64,000 bases of DNA from Ekhidna sp. (GTDB taxonomy: Bacteria > Bacteroidota > Bacteroidia > Cytophagales > Cyclobacteriaceae): assembly GCF_965247405.1 (NCBI RefSeq), contig NZ_OZ252014.1:2938569-3002568 (forward strand). Direction: 5' to 3'. Made by a program: the position numbers and the translations under genes. How positions within the stretch are numbered: position 1 is the stretch's first letter; every line of letters starts with the position of its first letter. The notes below the pieces were generated by a model. The model worked only from the letters and a program-made list of their open reading frames with translations. It did not search any database and had not been told where the DNA came from. Of this stretch, positions 18,826 to 28,202 are shown piece by piece.

Positions 18826-20301
18826 CTAAGGAAGAATAACTTGATCTATCGTGTGAATGACACCATTTGTTGCAAGGATATCAGTTCCAACAATGGCTGC
18901 ATTTGAAGTTCCGAGTGAAAGAGCGCCATCAGTATCAGTAATCGTTAGGTCACTATTTAGTGTCCATGATCCACCGGCAACTGCAGAAATGGATACGGAA
19001 GCATTTCCATCTAATAGATTAGGAATATCTTTTGAGAATACTCTCCCTGAATAAACATGATATTGAAGAACAGTAGCAATAACGTCTAGTCCACCTGCAG
19101 CAGCTACAAGATCAGTGATGTCATTATCGCCATCATCATCGCTATCTGGTACTTTGTCATATAGCGCCTGAAATGCAGCATCTGTTGGTGCAAAAACAGT
19201 AAACGGGCCATCGCCTTTCAATACCGTGATCAAATCAGCTGCCATCTCGTCATTCTCAACAGCGGTAAGAGCTGCCACCAACTGGCCAAATTCAGCATCT
19301 GAAGCTTCCGAAGCAGCTACAGCTATTTCCACAATATCCTCATCAGCTGGAATAAGCGTACGGTTGATTACATGAACCACACCATTATCTTGATCAATGT
19401 CTGTTGCTGTGACTTCCGTCAATCCGTTGATAAATACACCATCACTATTGATGCTCAAATAGAAATCACCATTCAAAGTAGTTACAGCACTACCAGTAGC
19501 AGGTAGGTCTGCTTGTTTCACCTCTGAGTCCAGTACATGATATTGTAATATTGGAGTTAAATCATTAGCTGTTAATCCTTCAAGAGAAGTAATACCTGCA
19601 GCCTCAAATGCATCATTAGTTGGAGCAAATACAGTGAAATTGGCGTCTGAGTCAATGAGCGTATTTAAAAGACCAGCCGTTACCACCGCTTCAGTAAGAA
19701 TTGTGAAGTCTTTATTGAAATAGGCTGGCTCCACTACAGTATTCAAAATGCTTGACTCCAATGACGGTACAAGAATTCCATCTAAGATATGCACGATTCC
19801 GTTTGATGCTTCTACGTCGGCTGTTGCTACAGCAACACTATTTATTGTCACATCAGATCCGTCTACTCCAACGGTAATATCTTCACCTAAAACAGTGGTC
19901 GCAGTTGCACCGTCAGTAAGCGCGGTTGATACTAACTCAGATCCGCTTACAACGTGATATTCTAACACTCTTCTTAGAACAGCATCGGGGACATTATCCA
20001 AACTTGTTTGTCCGGTCGCCTCTAATAATGCGCTGAATGAAGCGTTTGTAGGAGCAAATATGGTAAATGAACCGTTTTCATCAGAAAGCGCATTTACTAA
20101 ATCCGGAAATCTATTTAAAGCAGCTACAAGTGACGATAAATTATCTGTCTCTGCAGCTATCTCAACGATACTATCAGCAGAGACTACAGCACTATCGTCA
20201 TCTCCACAGCTTGTGGTGAGCAGTATTAAAGCAAATGCAGCAGTGCCTAATGCTAGCTTAATCCCTTTAAAAAGTTTTGGTTCTTGTATTGAATGTTTCA
20301 T
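18826..20301 (-). CDS. Secreted fasciclin (FAS1) repeat protein
   Basis: It has three FAS1 units, each with the F(T)(I/V)FAPT(N/D)xAF and NG(I/V)VH(I/V)(I/L) motifs, and a lipoprotein-like leader (LLTTSCGDDD). The start MKHSIQ at 20301 is preferred over 20352. Confidence 0.85.
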   Translation of the reverse strand: MKHSIQEPKLFKGIKLALGTAAFALILLTTSCGDDDSAVVSADSIVEIAAETDNLSSLVAALNRFPDLVNALSDENGSFTIFAPTNASFSALLEATGQTSLDNVPDAVLRRVLEYHVVSGSELVSTALTDGATATTVLGEDITVGVDGSDVTINSVAVATADVEASNGIVHILDGILVPSLESSILNTVVEPAYFNKDFTILTEAVVTAGLLNTLIDSDANFTVFAPTNDAFEAAGITSLEGLTANDLTPILQYHVLDSEVKQADLPATGSAVTTLNGDFYLSINSDGVFINGLTEVTATDIDQDNGVVHVINRTLIPADEDIVEIAVAASEASDAEFGQLVAALTAVENDEMAADLITVLKGDGPFTVFAPTDAAFQALYDKVPDSDDDGDNDITDLVAAAGGLDVIATVLQYHVYSGRVFSKDIPNLLDGNASVSISAVAGGSWTLNSDLTITDTDGALSLGTSNAAIVGTDILATNGVIHTIDQVILP

Positions 20302-20458
20302 GATTCGATTTTTTTGTTGAATTATGAAGGTAAAACCAATGTATATACACATGTTTTGGTTGATTTTATCGAATCATCTAAGAATGCATCTGAACTAGCT
20401 AAAAAGCCGACCGAACTGGTTTACCAATCAATTTCGGATGTCAATTGTTTATCCTACA

Positions 20459-20899
20459 ATGAATCATATTGTTCTAATTTTTTTACTGTTAAATCATATT
20501 CAAATGAATCCGATATCATCTCATAAATGGGAAAATAGAGTTTTGATTTTTTCAGCTGCCTCTCCAACGAACATTGGATACAAAAGACAAGATCAGATCA
20601 TGTCTAAAGGGAAGAAAGGAATGAAAGAGCGAGATTTGATTATCTACAGACTGTATGACGATCATTGGTTAGATCATAAAGATGAATTGCTTTCAGAAAA
20701 ACAGGCAATCGCTATTAGAAAAGCTTATGCGATACCCGAGGGAAAGTTTATGGTCGTTTTGATCGGGAAGGATGGTACTGTGAAAATGAGAAAAGATGAT
20801 ATCGTTTCTACTAGAGAGATCTTTCAATTAATTGATAGTATGCCAATGCGGAAGCAAGAGATGAGACAGAATTCAGCTAACAAAAACAGCATTAATTAA
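20459..20899 (+). CDS. DUF4174 domain protein
   Basis: WENRVLIFSA...RDLIIYRL...VLIGKDGTVK is the DUF4174 (thioredoxin-like) pattern. A leader peptide begins at MNHIVLIFLLL. Confidence 0.6.
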   Translation: MNHIVLIFLLLNHIQMNPISSHKWENRVLIFSAASPTNIGYKRQDQIMSKGKKGMKERDLIIYRLYDDHWLDHKDELLSEKQAIAIRKAYAIPEGKFMVVLIGKDGTVKMRKDDIVSTREIFQLIDSMPMRKQEMRQNSANKNSIN

Positions 20900-20930
20900 G
20901 ATCTCCTTATTCTAGTCTTACCTTTGCCAT

Positions 20931-21971
20931 ATGGAAAAAATAAATGTTTTACCATGGCACGAACAAGCATTGTGGTTAATAGGTATTTTCCTTGGAGGTC
21001 TGCTTTTAGGTCTCACCTTTTATTGGATAATCAAAAAAATACTAAGAGTTAGCCATTCAGAACTGGGAAGGGACTTACCTCGTGTTAAAAAGCCATTTGT
21101 TTTTGTTGTTATCGTACTCTCCTTGCAGCTATGGCCTGAACTTTATTTTGAATCCAAAACACCTTTTATCACTCAGCTCTCTCAAATCGTAAATATTCTG
21201 GCTGTCACCTGGCTGTTGATTGGGATTGTTAAAGGGGTTAGAGATTCTATTGTAAGGAGATATAAACAGGATGTTGGCAGCAGTCTGAAGTTGAGAAAGC
21301 TGTTTACTCAGGTCAGACTCTTCGAACGAATAGTGATTGTTATCATCATCATCCTGGCCATTGCACTGATACTAATGACGTTCGATAGCATCCGAAGGGT
21401 AGGAGTAAGTATTCTTACTTCAGCGGGAATTGCTGGTGTAATTATTGGTCTGGCTGCACAGCGTTTGATTGCAAACCTGTTGGCTGGCTTCCAATTGGCC
21501 ATTACTCAACCCATTCGCTTAGGGGATGTCGTGATCGTGGAGGGGGAGTGGGGGACAATTCATGAAATGACTCTGACTTATGTTGTGGTAGCAATCTGGG
21601 ACAAACGAATGCTTGTAGTGCCATCTACTTATTTCATTGAAAAACCATTTCAAAACTGGACTAGAAAAAGTGGTGATATGCTTGGCACTGTATACCTATA
21701 TGTTGACTATCATTTACCTCTTGAACCAGTGAGAAAGGAACTCAAAAGAATTGTAAAAGACAATCCTTTGTGGGATGGAGAAACTGCTAATATTCAGGTG
21801 ACGGGAAGCACAGAGAAGGCGATGGAGATTCGTGCACTCATCGGTGCGGAAAATGCAAATGATGCATGGATTCTCCGTGTTCATGTGAGAGAAAAGCTTA
21901 TTGAGTTTTTACAGAAGGAGTTTCCGGAAATGCTACCAAAAAGTCGGGTAACATTAGAGAAAGAGAGTTAA
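20931..21971 (+). CDS. Mechanosensitive ion channel (MscS family)
   Basis: It has TM helices followed by the MscS beta-domain signature: QPIRLGDVVIVEGEWGTIHEMTLTYVVVAIWDKRMLVVPSTYF. Confidence 0.85.
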   Translation: MEKINVLPWHEQALWLIGIFLGGLLLGLTFYWIIKKILRVSHSELGRDLPRVKKPFVFVVIVLSLQLWPELYFESKTPFITQLSQIVNILAVTWLLIGIVKGVRDSIVRRYKQDVGSSLKLRKLFTQVRLFERIVIVIIIILAIALILMTFDSIRRVGVSILTSAGIAGVIIGLAAQRLIANLLAGFQLAITQPIRLGDVVIVEGEWGTIHEMTLTYVVVAIWDKRMLVVPSTYFIEKPFQNWTRKSGDMLGTVYLYVDYHLPLEPVRKELKRIVKDNPLWDGETANIQVTGSTEKAMEIRALIGAENANDAWILRVHVREKLIEFLQKEFPEMLPKSRVTLEKES

Positions 21972-21972
21972 A

Positions 21973-22719
21973 CTACCTATCCAACCACTCTTTAAAAGCC
22001 TTCACTTTTTCCCTACTCACAATCACCTGTTCATCAAATTCTGGTCTCAAAGCAAGTATAAGTCGATTGTTGAAATATGAATCGATGGAGTTTATATACT
22101 TGTCACAAACCATCATATGCCGGTTAATCCGAAAGAAATCTTCCGGGTTAAGCATGGTCTGCAATTCATCAAGTGAGTGATCGGTGATCAGACTGTCACC
22201 CTTCAATGTCTTTAGATAGGTGGTACTGGCCTGGCTGTAGAAATACGTAATTTCATCCACGGGTATAGAATGAAATTTATGTCCAATTTTGATTAGAAAT
22301 TTCTTTTTGAAACCTGTTTTAATATGATCTCTTAAAGAATCAACTGCAGCACTGATGTCACTTTGAGCATGTACTTTTTTTAGTTTCTCCACAGCTGCAA
22401 TCAAATCCTCTGCTTTTACAGGTTTAAGCAAATAGTCTACACTATTGTATTTGAATGCGTCTAAGACATACTTGTCAAAAGCGGTAGTAAATACCACCTT
22501 GGGATACGATGAAAGTTCGTTTAGAATATCAAAGCCGGTCCCATCTCCAAGCTGGATATCCAGGAAAAGCAAATCCGGTGTTTCATTTTCCTTCAACCAT
22601 TTCAGCGCAGTTTTTACAGAGTAGAATGTACCAAAAACTTTAATGCTGGTGTGCTCAGTTACGAGCTTTCCCAAACGGTTTGCTGAGAGTTCTTCATCCT
22701 CTATGATAATTGCATTCAT
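21973..22719 (-). CDS. LytTR-family response regulator (pair 3)
   Basis: It has a receiver plus LytTR domain. Its start overlaps the kinase stop as ATGA. Confidence 0.9.
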   Translation of the reverse strand: MNAIIIEDEELSANRLGKLVTEHTSIKVFGTFYSVKTALKWLKENETPDLLFLDIQLGDGTGFDILNELSSYPKVVFTTAFDKYVLDAFKYNSVDYLLKPVKAEDLIAAVEKLKKVHAQSDISAAVDSLRDHIKTGFKKKFLIKIGHKFHSIPVDEITYFYSQASTTYLKTLKGDSLITDHSLDELQTMLNPEDFFRINRHMMVCDKYINSIDSYFNNRLILALRPEFDEQVIVSREKVKAFKEWLDR

Positions 22720-23735
22720 GCTCGTGAAAGAGGTAATCTAACCTGGAATATCTGATCATTATCCAATACTTCCAAAGCCCTACCGGCAGAAAGCATTAGC
22801 CTTTTTGAAAGGTTCTTTAAACCAATCTGAGTACTACTGGTTAGGTGTTCTTTTTTCCTCTTTTCATTTTCTACAATGATGGCCTTTTGGCCATCATTTT
22901 TCACAATTATATGTAAGGGTTCATCAATGGAGAACGAATTGTGCTTAACCGCATTTTCAATCAATACCTGAATAGACATAGGAGGTATTAAAATTTCTTT
23001 GGCTGGCAAATCCAGGTGTTTGTGTACAATTATTGCTGAACGATGGCGCATAGAGAGGAGGAAGGTGTAACTATCAATAAAAGCCAACTCTTCCTCCAGT
23101 GATACCACCGTTTTTTCGTCGTTTTCAAGAATGTAGCGATACATATCTGACAGCTTTGAGATGAATTTTACCGCAGTTTTAGAATCTTCTTCTACAAGTG
23201 AGGTAAGTACACTGAAGCTGTTGAAAAGGAAATGGGGATTGACCTGATTCTTAAGGCTTTCCAGTTTGGCGGCTGCCAGCTCCTTCTGAATCTGCTCCTT
23301 TTCACGTGCACTTTTTATGGCATTTCTGACATAAAGATTAATGATTTCGTAAGCGATGATTAGCAGTGAAATGACAAAACCCTGGGCTGCATTGATCAGA
23401 AAGCTCCCATAATAATGCTCTGGACAGCAACTAATGTATTGAAGGATGTTATCATAAATGTAGGCAAACAAAAACACCAAAGGCAACATCAGAAGTGTTG
23501 CCTTTGTAGAAAGGATATATAAGCCTTTATTAGAATTAATGCCGGTTTTGTTGCTTGTCGCACGAATGTAGCGAGCCACTATTTCCCATAGCGCAAGAAT
23601 TACGATAACAGTGTAGACCAATGATATCGAAGTGCCTAGATCCCAGTGAAATAACTCATCTCTGAAATCATCTCTGGTCAACTTAAAAAATAAGAAGACA
23701 AAGACACCAATCGTTAGCCTATACCAATATTTCAT
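22716..23735 (-). CDS. LytS/YpdA-type sensor histidine kinase (pair 3)
   Basis: LKNQVNPHFLFNSFSVLTSLVEEDSKTAVKFISKLSDMYRYIL ... LIENAVKHN. It is a close paralogue of the pair 2 kinase. Confidence 0.85.
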   Translation of the reverse strand: MKYWYRLTIGVFVFLFFKLTRDDFRDELFHWDLGTSISLVYTVIVILALWEIVARYIRATSNKTGINSNKGLYILSTKATLLMLPLVFLFAYIYDNILQYISCCPEHYYGSFLINAAQGFVISLLIIAYEIINLYVRNAIKSAREKEQIQKELAAAKLESLKNQVNPHFLFNSFSVLTSLVEEDSKTAVKFISKLSDMYRYILENDEKTVVSLEEELAFIDSYTFLLSMRHRSAIIVHKHLDLPAKEILIPPMSIQVLIENAVKHNSFSIDEPLHIIVKNDGQKAIIVENEKRKKEHLTSSTQIGLKNLSKRLMLSAGRALEVLDNDQIFQVRLPLSRA

Positions 23736-23744
23736 TTGGCAAAT

Positions 23745-24158
23745 TTACTCTCCATCTTTCGATGCTACAGCCTTTGATGGAGTAACATTGAAGGAAAGAG
23801 TAGTTCCAACAACTTTTTGAGTACCTGTACTACGGGCAGAGACGGTTGTTGAATATTGACCTGTTTCCACATCTTTGGCAGAAACGGTTACAACGTAATG
23901 ATCCTTGTTATTCTCGTCTTGAGTGACTTCAAATGTCAGGCCAGAACTGGAAATCAGTTTAGGTTCCATGAATGTTGCTCTCCTGGCAAATCGAGACCTT
24001 ACTAACCATAGGTCAAAAGTTGTTTCATTGTCAGAATCAACAGAGATCGTGTATTCTTTCGCGTAAATCTTAGCTCCTTTTTTTGGAGCTTCAAAGTCCT
24101 GAGCTACAGCAATAGTGCCGAATAATATAAATGAGAAGATAGCGATGTACTTTTTCAT
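23745..24158 (-). CDS. Secreted hypothetical protein, first gene of the pair 3 operon
   Basis: 137 aa with the signal peptide MKKYIAIFSFILFGTIAVAQ and a beta-rich body. It ends 10 bp upstream of the kinase start. Confidence 0.5.
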   Translation of the reverse strand: MKKYIAIFSFILFGTIAVAQDFEAPKKGAKIYAKEYTISVDSDNETTFDLWLVRSRFARRATFMEPKLISSSGLTFEVTQDENNKDHYVVTVSAKDVETGQYSTTVSARSTGTQKVVGTTLSFNVTPSKAVASKDGE

Positions 24159-24373
24159 AATCGTATACTTTTACTTTTTGGTTTCTTATTACAAATGACA
24201 CGAGTATTCGGCGTTTCTAAACTATCAAAATGATTGAGATGTCTGAAATTCTGTTGAGCTGTCACTTTTACGTATTGACCTGTTTTTTATACAAAATATG
24301 AAAAAATATAACCAAAGGGATTTTTTCACGTTTTGATTTTTCATACATTTGGTGAATTAATAATTTCAGAGAA

Positions 24374-24709
24374 ATGAAAGGAACGAATCTTGGTGAATTT
24401 GAAGAAATCGTTTTGCTAACCATAGCTTCTCTCATGTCAGAGGCATATAGCGTGAACATCGTGGATGAGATTGCTAATGTGACGGGTAGAAAAACCAAGC
24501 TAGGTGTGGTTCATGCGGTGCTCAAAAGACTGGAGGACAAAGGACTAATTACTTCAGAGTTGGGAGAGCCAACCAAAGAGAGGGGTGGTCGCAGAAAGCG
24601 ATTTTTTACTGTTTCTCATACGGGTAAGGTGGCATTGATGAAAGCCAAAGCACAGCGAGATAAACTATGGGATAAGATTCCCGAACTGGTTTTTCAGGAA
24701 ATCAAATGA
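24374..24709 (+). CDS. PadR-family transcriptional regulator
   Basis: 111 aa. The winged-HTH pattern is GEFEEIVLLTIASL...YSVNIVDEIANVTGRKTKLGVVHAVLKRLEDKGLITS. Confidence 0.85.
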   Translation: MKGTNLGEFEEIVLLTIASLMSEAYSVNIVDEIANVTGRKTKLGVVHAVLKRLEDKGLITSELGEPTKERGGRRKRFFTVSHTGKVALMKAKAQRDKLWDKIPELVFQEIK

Positions 24710-27342
24710 ATAAGCAAATAAAAGGACCACCTCGATGGATGGATAGAATCATCGAATTCTATTGTCGAAAGGATCTTCTCGAAGACCTGCAAGGTGATTT
24801 GCATGAATACTATTTCCGAAATATTGAAAAAAGCAGAGCAAAAGCCAATCTGATTTTTCTACTGGATGTTCTCAAATTCTGCAGACTATACACTATTCAA
24901 AAACCCAAAATACTAGGACAAATGACATTCTTCAATCTAATCGGCAACTACTTCAAAACGAGTATTCGAAGTATTGCCAGAAACAAACTTTTTGCTTCTA
25001 TCAACATTGTTGGTTTGGCCGTCTCCATGTCGGTAGGGCTACTCATGATCACCTATATCAATGAAACGCTCTCGTTCGATGAATTTCATGAAAAGAAAGA
25101 TCGGATATACAGAGTTACCTCTACTTATTCGAGTATTACTAACGATGATCCATTCGATTTGGCATCAACCTCCGTTTTTATTGGCGAAAAACTGCGAAGC
25201 GAATATTCAGGTTTTGAGAAGGTTCTGATCATGCGTAGAAATTTTCGGGCAGATATTTCTAAAGGAGAAAATATCATTAGTGTCAGAGGGCATTATTCAT
25301 CCCCCGAGTTTTTTGATGTCTTCTCATTTGAATTACTTTCGGGTGATCCTCATTCAGCTTTAATCGAGCCGAATTCGATTATTCTTACTGAGAAAACCGC
25401 TCAAAAATTGTTCAAGGGGGATAATCCGGTGGGGCAGGTCGTAATGTTTGGAGAGGAGGCATACACGGTTACAGGTGTGATTCAGGATGTTCCTAGAAAT
25501 TCTCATGTGCAGTTTGAAGCACTTGCATCACTTTCCACACTGGAGAATAAACACCGGGATGATGAAACTTCAAGTTTTTTTACCTGGCGAAGCATCTGGA
25601 TGAATTATGTCTACCTACTTATGGAAGATGGAACAACCCCCGCGCAGGCCAATAGGTATCTTCATGAAATTGCTGTGGAGGAAAATGCTAAGACCGACCG
25701 TTTTACAATTTCTCATGAGGTGGAAAGTTTGAGTGCTATTGCACCTGGCAGAGACCTTTCTAATCAAATTGGCCCAAACATTACATGGGAAAGTATTTAT
25801 CAGCTACTCGGCCTTACACTTATCATCATCCTGTCTGCATGTTTCAATTACACGAACCTCTCAATTGCACGATCCTTAAGAAGGGCAAAAGAAGTAGGTA
25901 TACGTAAGGTGGTAGGAGCCTCGCGATCGCAGGTGCTCACGCAATTCGTATTTGAAGCAATCGTTATTTCTGTTTTTTCTCTTGTGATAGCCGTCGCGTT
26001 ATACCTTATGCTGAAGCCTGAATTCGTTCAATCTATTATAGGAGAAGATACCATTGCGATGGAATTCAGATGGCTTCATGTACTATACTTCCTGGCATTT
26101 GCAGTAGCGATTGGTTTGATTTCAGGGTTTTTACCGTCATTGATTTTATCAAAATTGAAGGCTATTTCGATACTAACGGACGTAACTAAATTGCGCCTTT
26201 TTAAAGGTGTCAGTCTTAGAAAGATTTTGATTGTCTTTCAATTTTCGATCTCAATGGCATTGATTATTGGTGCCACAATTACCTACCGTCAGTATAATTT
26301 CTCTATTAACTATGATCTTGGATTTACTTCTGAGAATGTTTTAAATCTGGACATGGCTGGAAATGATCCTGCAATCCTGATGGCGGAAATAGAAAAATTA
26401 CCAGAAGTGACAGATATGTCACTGTCCGGAATGATTCCCAGCACAGGAGAAATTTGGGCAGATGAAGTAAAGTATAAAGACCCACTTGACTCGGTAAAGA
26501 TTTATATCAATTACGTAAATAAGGATTACGCTCGTATTCATGAATTGAACTTTCTGGCAGGTGAAACTTTTCCATTTGATCTGAATGGTGAGGATGAAGC
26601 AAAGTTTTTAATTATCGATAGAAATTTAAGCGAACGACTTGGATTCGAAAATCCAGATCAGGCGGTAGGTGAAGTGCTCTACCTGGACCGAAGAGAAGAT
26701 GATTTACCTCTTCAAATTAGCGGGGTGATCGAAAACTATCAATATCAAAATTTAGCAAGTGACCCTGAGCCTTCCGCCTTGATACAAAGTGGTAGAGACA
26801 ACTTTATTCATTTAAACATGAAGGTAAGCACCACGGATGTGATTGGGATGATGAATAAGCTGGAGGATATCTGGTTGGATATTGATAAGCTACATCCATT
26901 TCGGGCAGAATTCATGGATCAGCAAATCCAGGAGTCATACGCTGATTATCGTATCATGTATCGTATTTTCACTTTTCTGGCCTTATTAGCGATTTCCATA
27001 TCTACGATGGGATTATTGGGGATGGCCGTATTTACCACAGAGACCAGAATCAAGGAAGTGAGTATACGCAAGGTACTTGGTGCGACAGAAAGAAACCTTG
27101 TTATGATCCTATCCCGAAGTTTTATGTTCATGCTTTTGATCTCGGCAGTGATTGCGATTCCACTGACTTATTATATTTTCTCCTCGCATGTTCTGTCAGA
27201 GTTCAAAAAGCGAATAGCGATCGGACCGATGGAGCTAATTCCGGGGGTACTTCTAATCTTTCTAATTGGGTTTGTAACAATTAGCTGGCAAACCATAAAA
27301 GCAGCGAAGACCAACCCGGCAGAAATGCTAAGAGATGAATGA
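24706..27342 (+). CDS. FtsX/MacB-like ABC transporter permease (duplicated FtsX domains)
   Basis: 878 aa. Its start overlaps the padR stop. It has two MacB_PCD/FtsX units (RRAKEVGIRKVVGASRSQ and RIKEVSIRKVLGATERN). PadR plus a double-FtsX permease is a common Bacteroidota pair. Confidence 0.85.
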   Translation: MNKQIKGPPRWMDRIIEFYCRKDLLEDLQGDLHEYYFRNIEKSRAKANLIFLLDVLKFCRLYTIQKPKILGQMTFFNLIGNYFKTSIRSIARNKLFASINIVGLAVSMSVGLLMITYINETLSFDEFHEKKDRIYRVTSTYSSITNDDPFDLASTSVFIGEKLRSEYSGFEKVLIMRRNFRADISKGENIISVRGHYSSPEFFDVFSFELLSGDPHSALIEPNSIILTEKTAQKLFKGDNPVGQVVMFGEEAYTVTGVIQDVPRNSHVQFEALASLSTLENKHRDDETSSFFTWRSIWMNYVYLLMEDGTTPAQANRYLHEIAVEENAKTDRFTISHEVESLSAIAPGRDLSNQIGPNITWESIYQLLGLTLIIILSACFNYTNLSIARSLRRAKEVGIRKVVGASRSQVLTQFVFEAIVISVFSLVIAVALYLMLKPEFVQSIIGEDTIAMEFRWLHVLYFLAFAVAIGLISGFLPSLILSKLKAISILTDVTKLRLFKGVSLRKILIVFQFSISMALIIGATITYRQYNFSINYDLGFTSENVLNLDMAGNDPAILMAEIEKLPEVTDMSLSGMIPSTGEIWADEVKYKDPLDSVKIYINYVNKDYARIHELNFLAGETFPFDLNGEDEAKFLIIDRNLSERLGFENPDQAVGEVLYLDRREDDLPLQISGVIENYQYQNLASDPEPSALIQSGRDNFIHLNMKVSTTDVIGMMNKLEDIWLDIDKLHPFRAEFMDQQIQESYADYRIMYRIFTFLALLAISISTMGLLGMAVFTTETRIKEVSIRKVLGATERNLVMILSRSFMFMLLISAVIAIPLTYYIFSSHVLSEFKKRIAIGPMELIPGVLLIFLIGFVTISWQTIKAAKTNPAEMLRDE

Positions 27343-27423
27343 ATTGTTTAATATTTTTAATTAAAAGTTAAACAAAATAATATATTGTAGGGTTAGTAGC
27401 TAAAATTTAAAAGTTGAAAAACT

Positions 27424-28152
27424 ATGAATACAACATTAGCCGCAACCCTGCAATCAGGTGATTATGTAGGGTTCACCTTCTTTATTGGCAGTATGGCCAT
27501 GTTAGCAGCAACCGTCTTTTTCTTCCTGGAGATGAAAAGTGTAGACGGAAAATGGAGAACTTCTCTCTTAGTGTCAGGACTGATTACATTCATTGCAGCC
27601 GTGCATTACTATTACATGCGTGATTACTGGGTGCAAAATGGAACCTCACCAACCGAATTCAGATACATTGACTGGATTTTGACAGTACCGTTAATGTGTG
27701 TGGAGTTCTACCTGATCCTCAAAGCATTTGGAGCTAAAATCGGACTGCTCTGGAAGATGATCTTTTATTCAGTGTTCATGCTAGTAACCGGATACCTAGG
27801 TGAGACAGTATTCAGAGATAGTAGTGCCATTTGGGGAGCTATCTCAACGTTGGGGTACTTGGGTATCTTCTACGAAGTGTGGTTTGGATCAGCAAAACAG
27901 CTATCTAAAAGTTCTAATGATCCGGTTTTACAAAAAGCTTTCAATACGTTAGCCTGGTTTATTTTGGTTGGGTGGGCAATCTATCCAATTGGGTACATGG
28001 CTATCGAAACCGATGGTTTATTAAGTGGAATACTTTCTCCAAATTCTTTAGATATTATTTACAATATTGGTGATGCCATCAATAAAATTGGATTTGGCCT
28101 TGTGATTTACAGTTTGGCCGTTAGTCAATCAGCTAAAAAAGCAACAGCTTAG
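27424..28152 (+). CDS. Proteorhodopsin (light-driven proton pump type)
   Basis: 242 aa with seven TM helices. RYIDWILTVPLMCVEF supplies D83/T87/E94, the DTE motif of D97/T101/E108 in GPR numbering, with M91 at tuning position 105. The Schiff-base lysine K221 lies in GDAINKIGFG. Confidence 0.92.
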   Translation: MNTTLAATLQSGDYVGFTFFIGSMAMLAATVFFFLEMKSVDGKWRTSLLVSGLITFIAAVHYYYMRDYWVQNGTSPTEFRYIDWILTVPLMCVEFYLILKAFGAKIGLLWKMIFYSVFMLVTGYLGETVFRDSSAIWGAISTLGYLGIFYEVWFGSAKQLSKSSNDPVLQKAFNTLAWFILVGWAIYPIGYMAIETDGLLSGILSPNSLDIIYNIGDAINKIGFGLVIYSLAVSQSAKKATA

Positions 28153-28169
28153 TAATTTTTAATGATGAT

Positions 28170-28201
28170 GAGTGGAGTGCCTTTGCACTCCACTCTTTGT
28201 T
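28170..28201 (+). terminator. Rho-independent terminator after proteorhodopsin
   Basis: An 11-bp perfect stem, gagtggagtgc / gcactccactc, has a cttt loop and is followed by tttgttt. Confidence 0.6.
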
Positions 28202-28202
28202 T

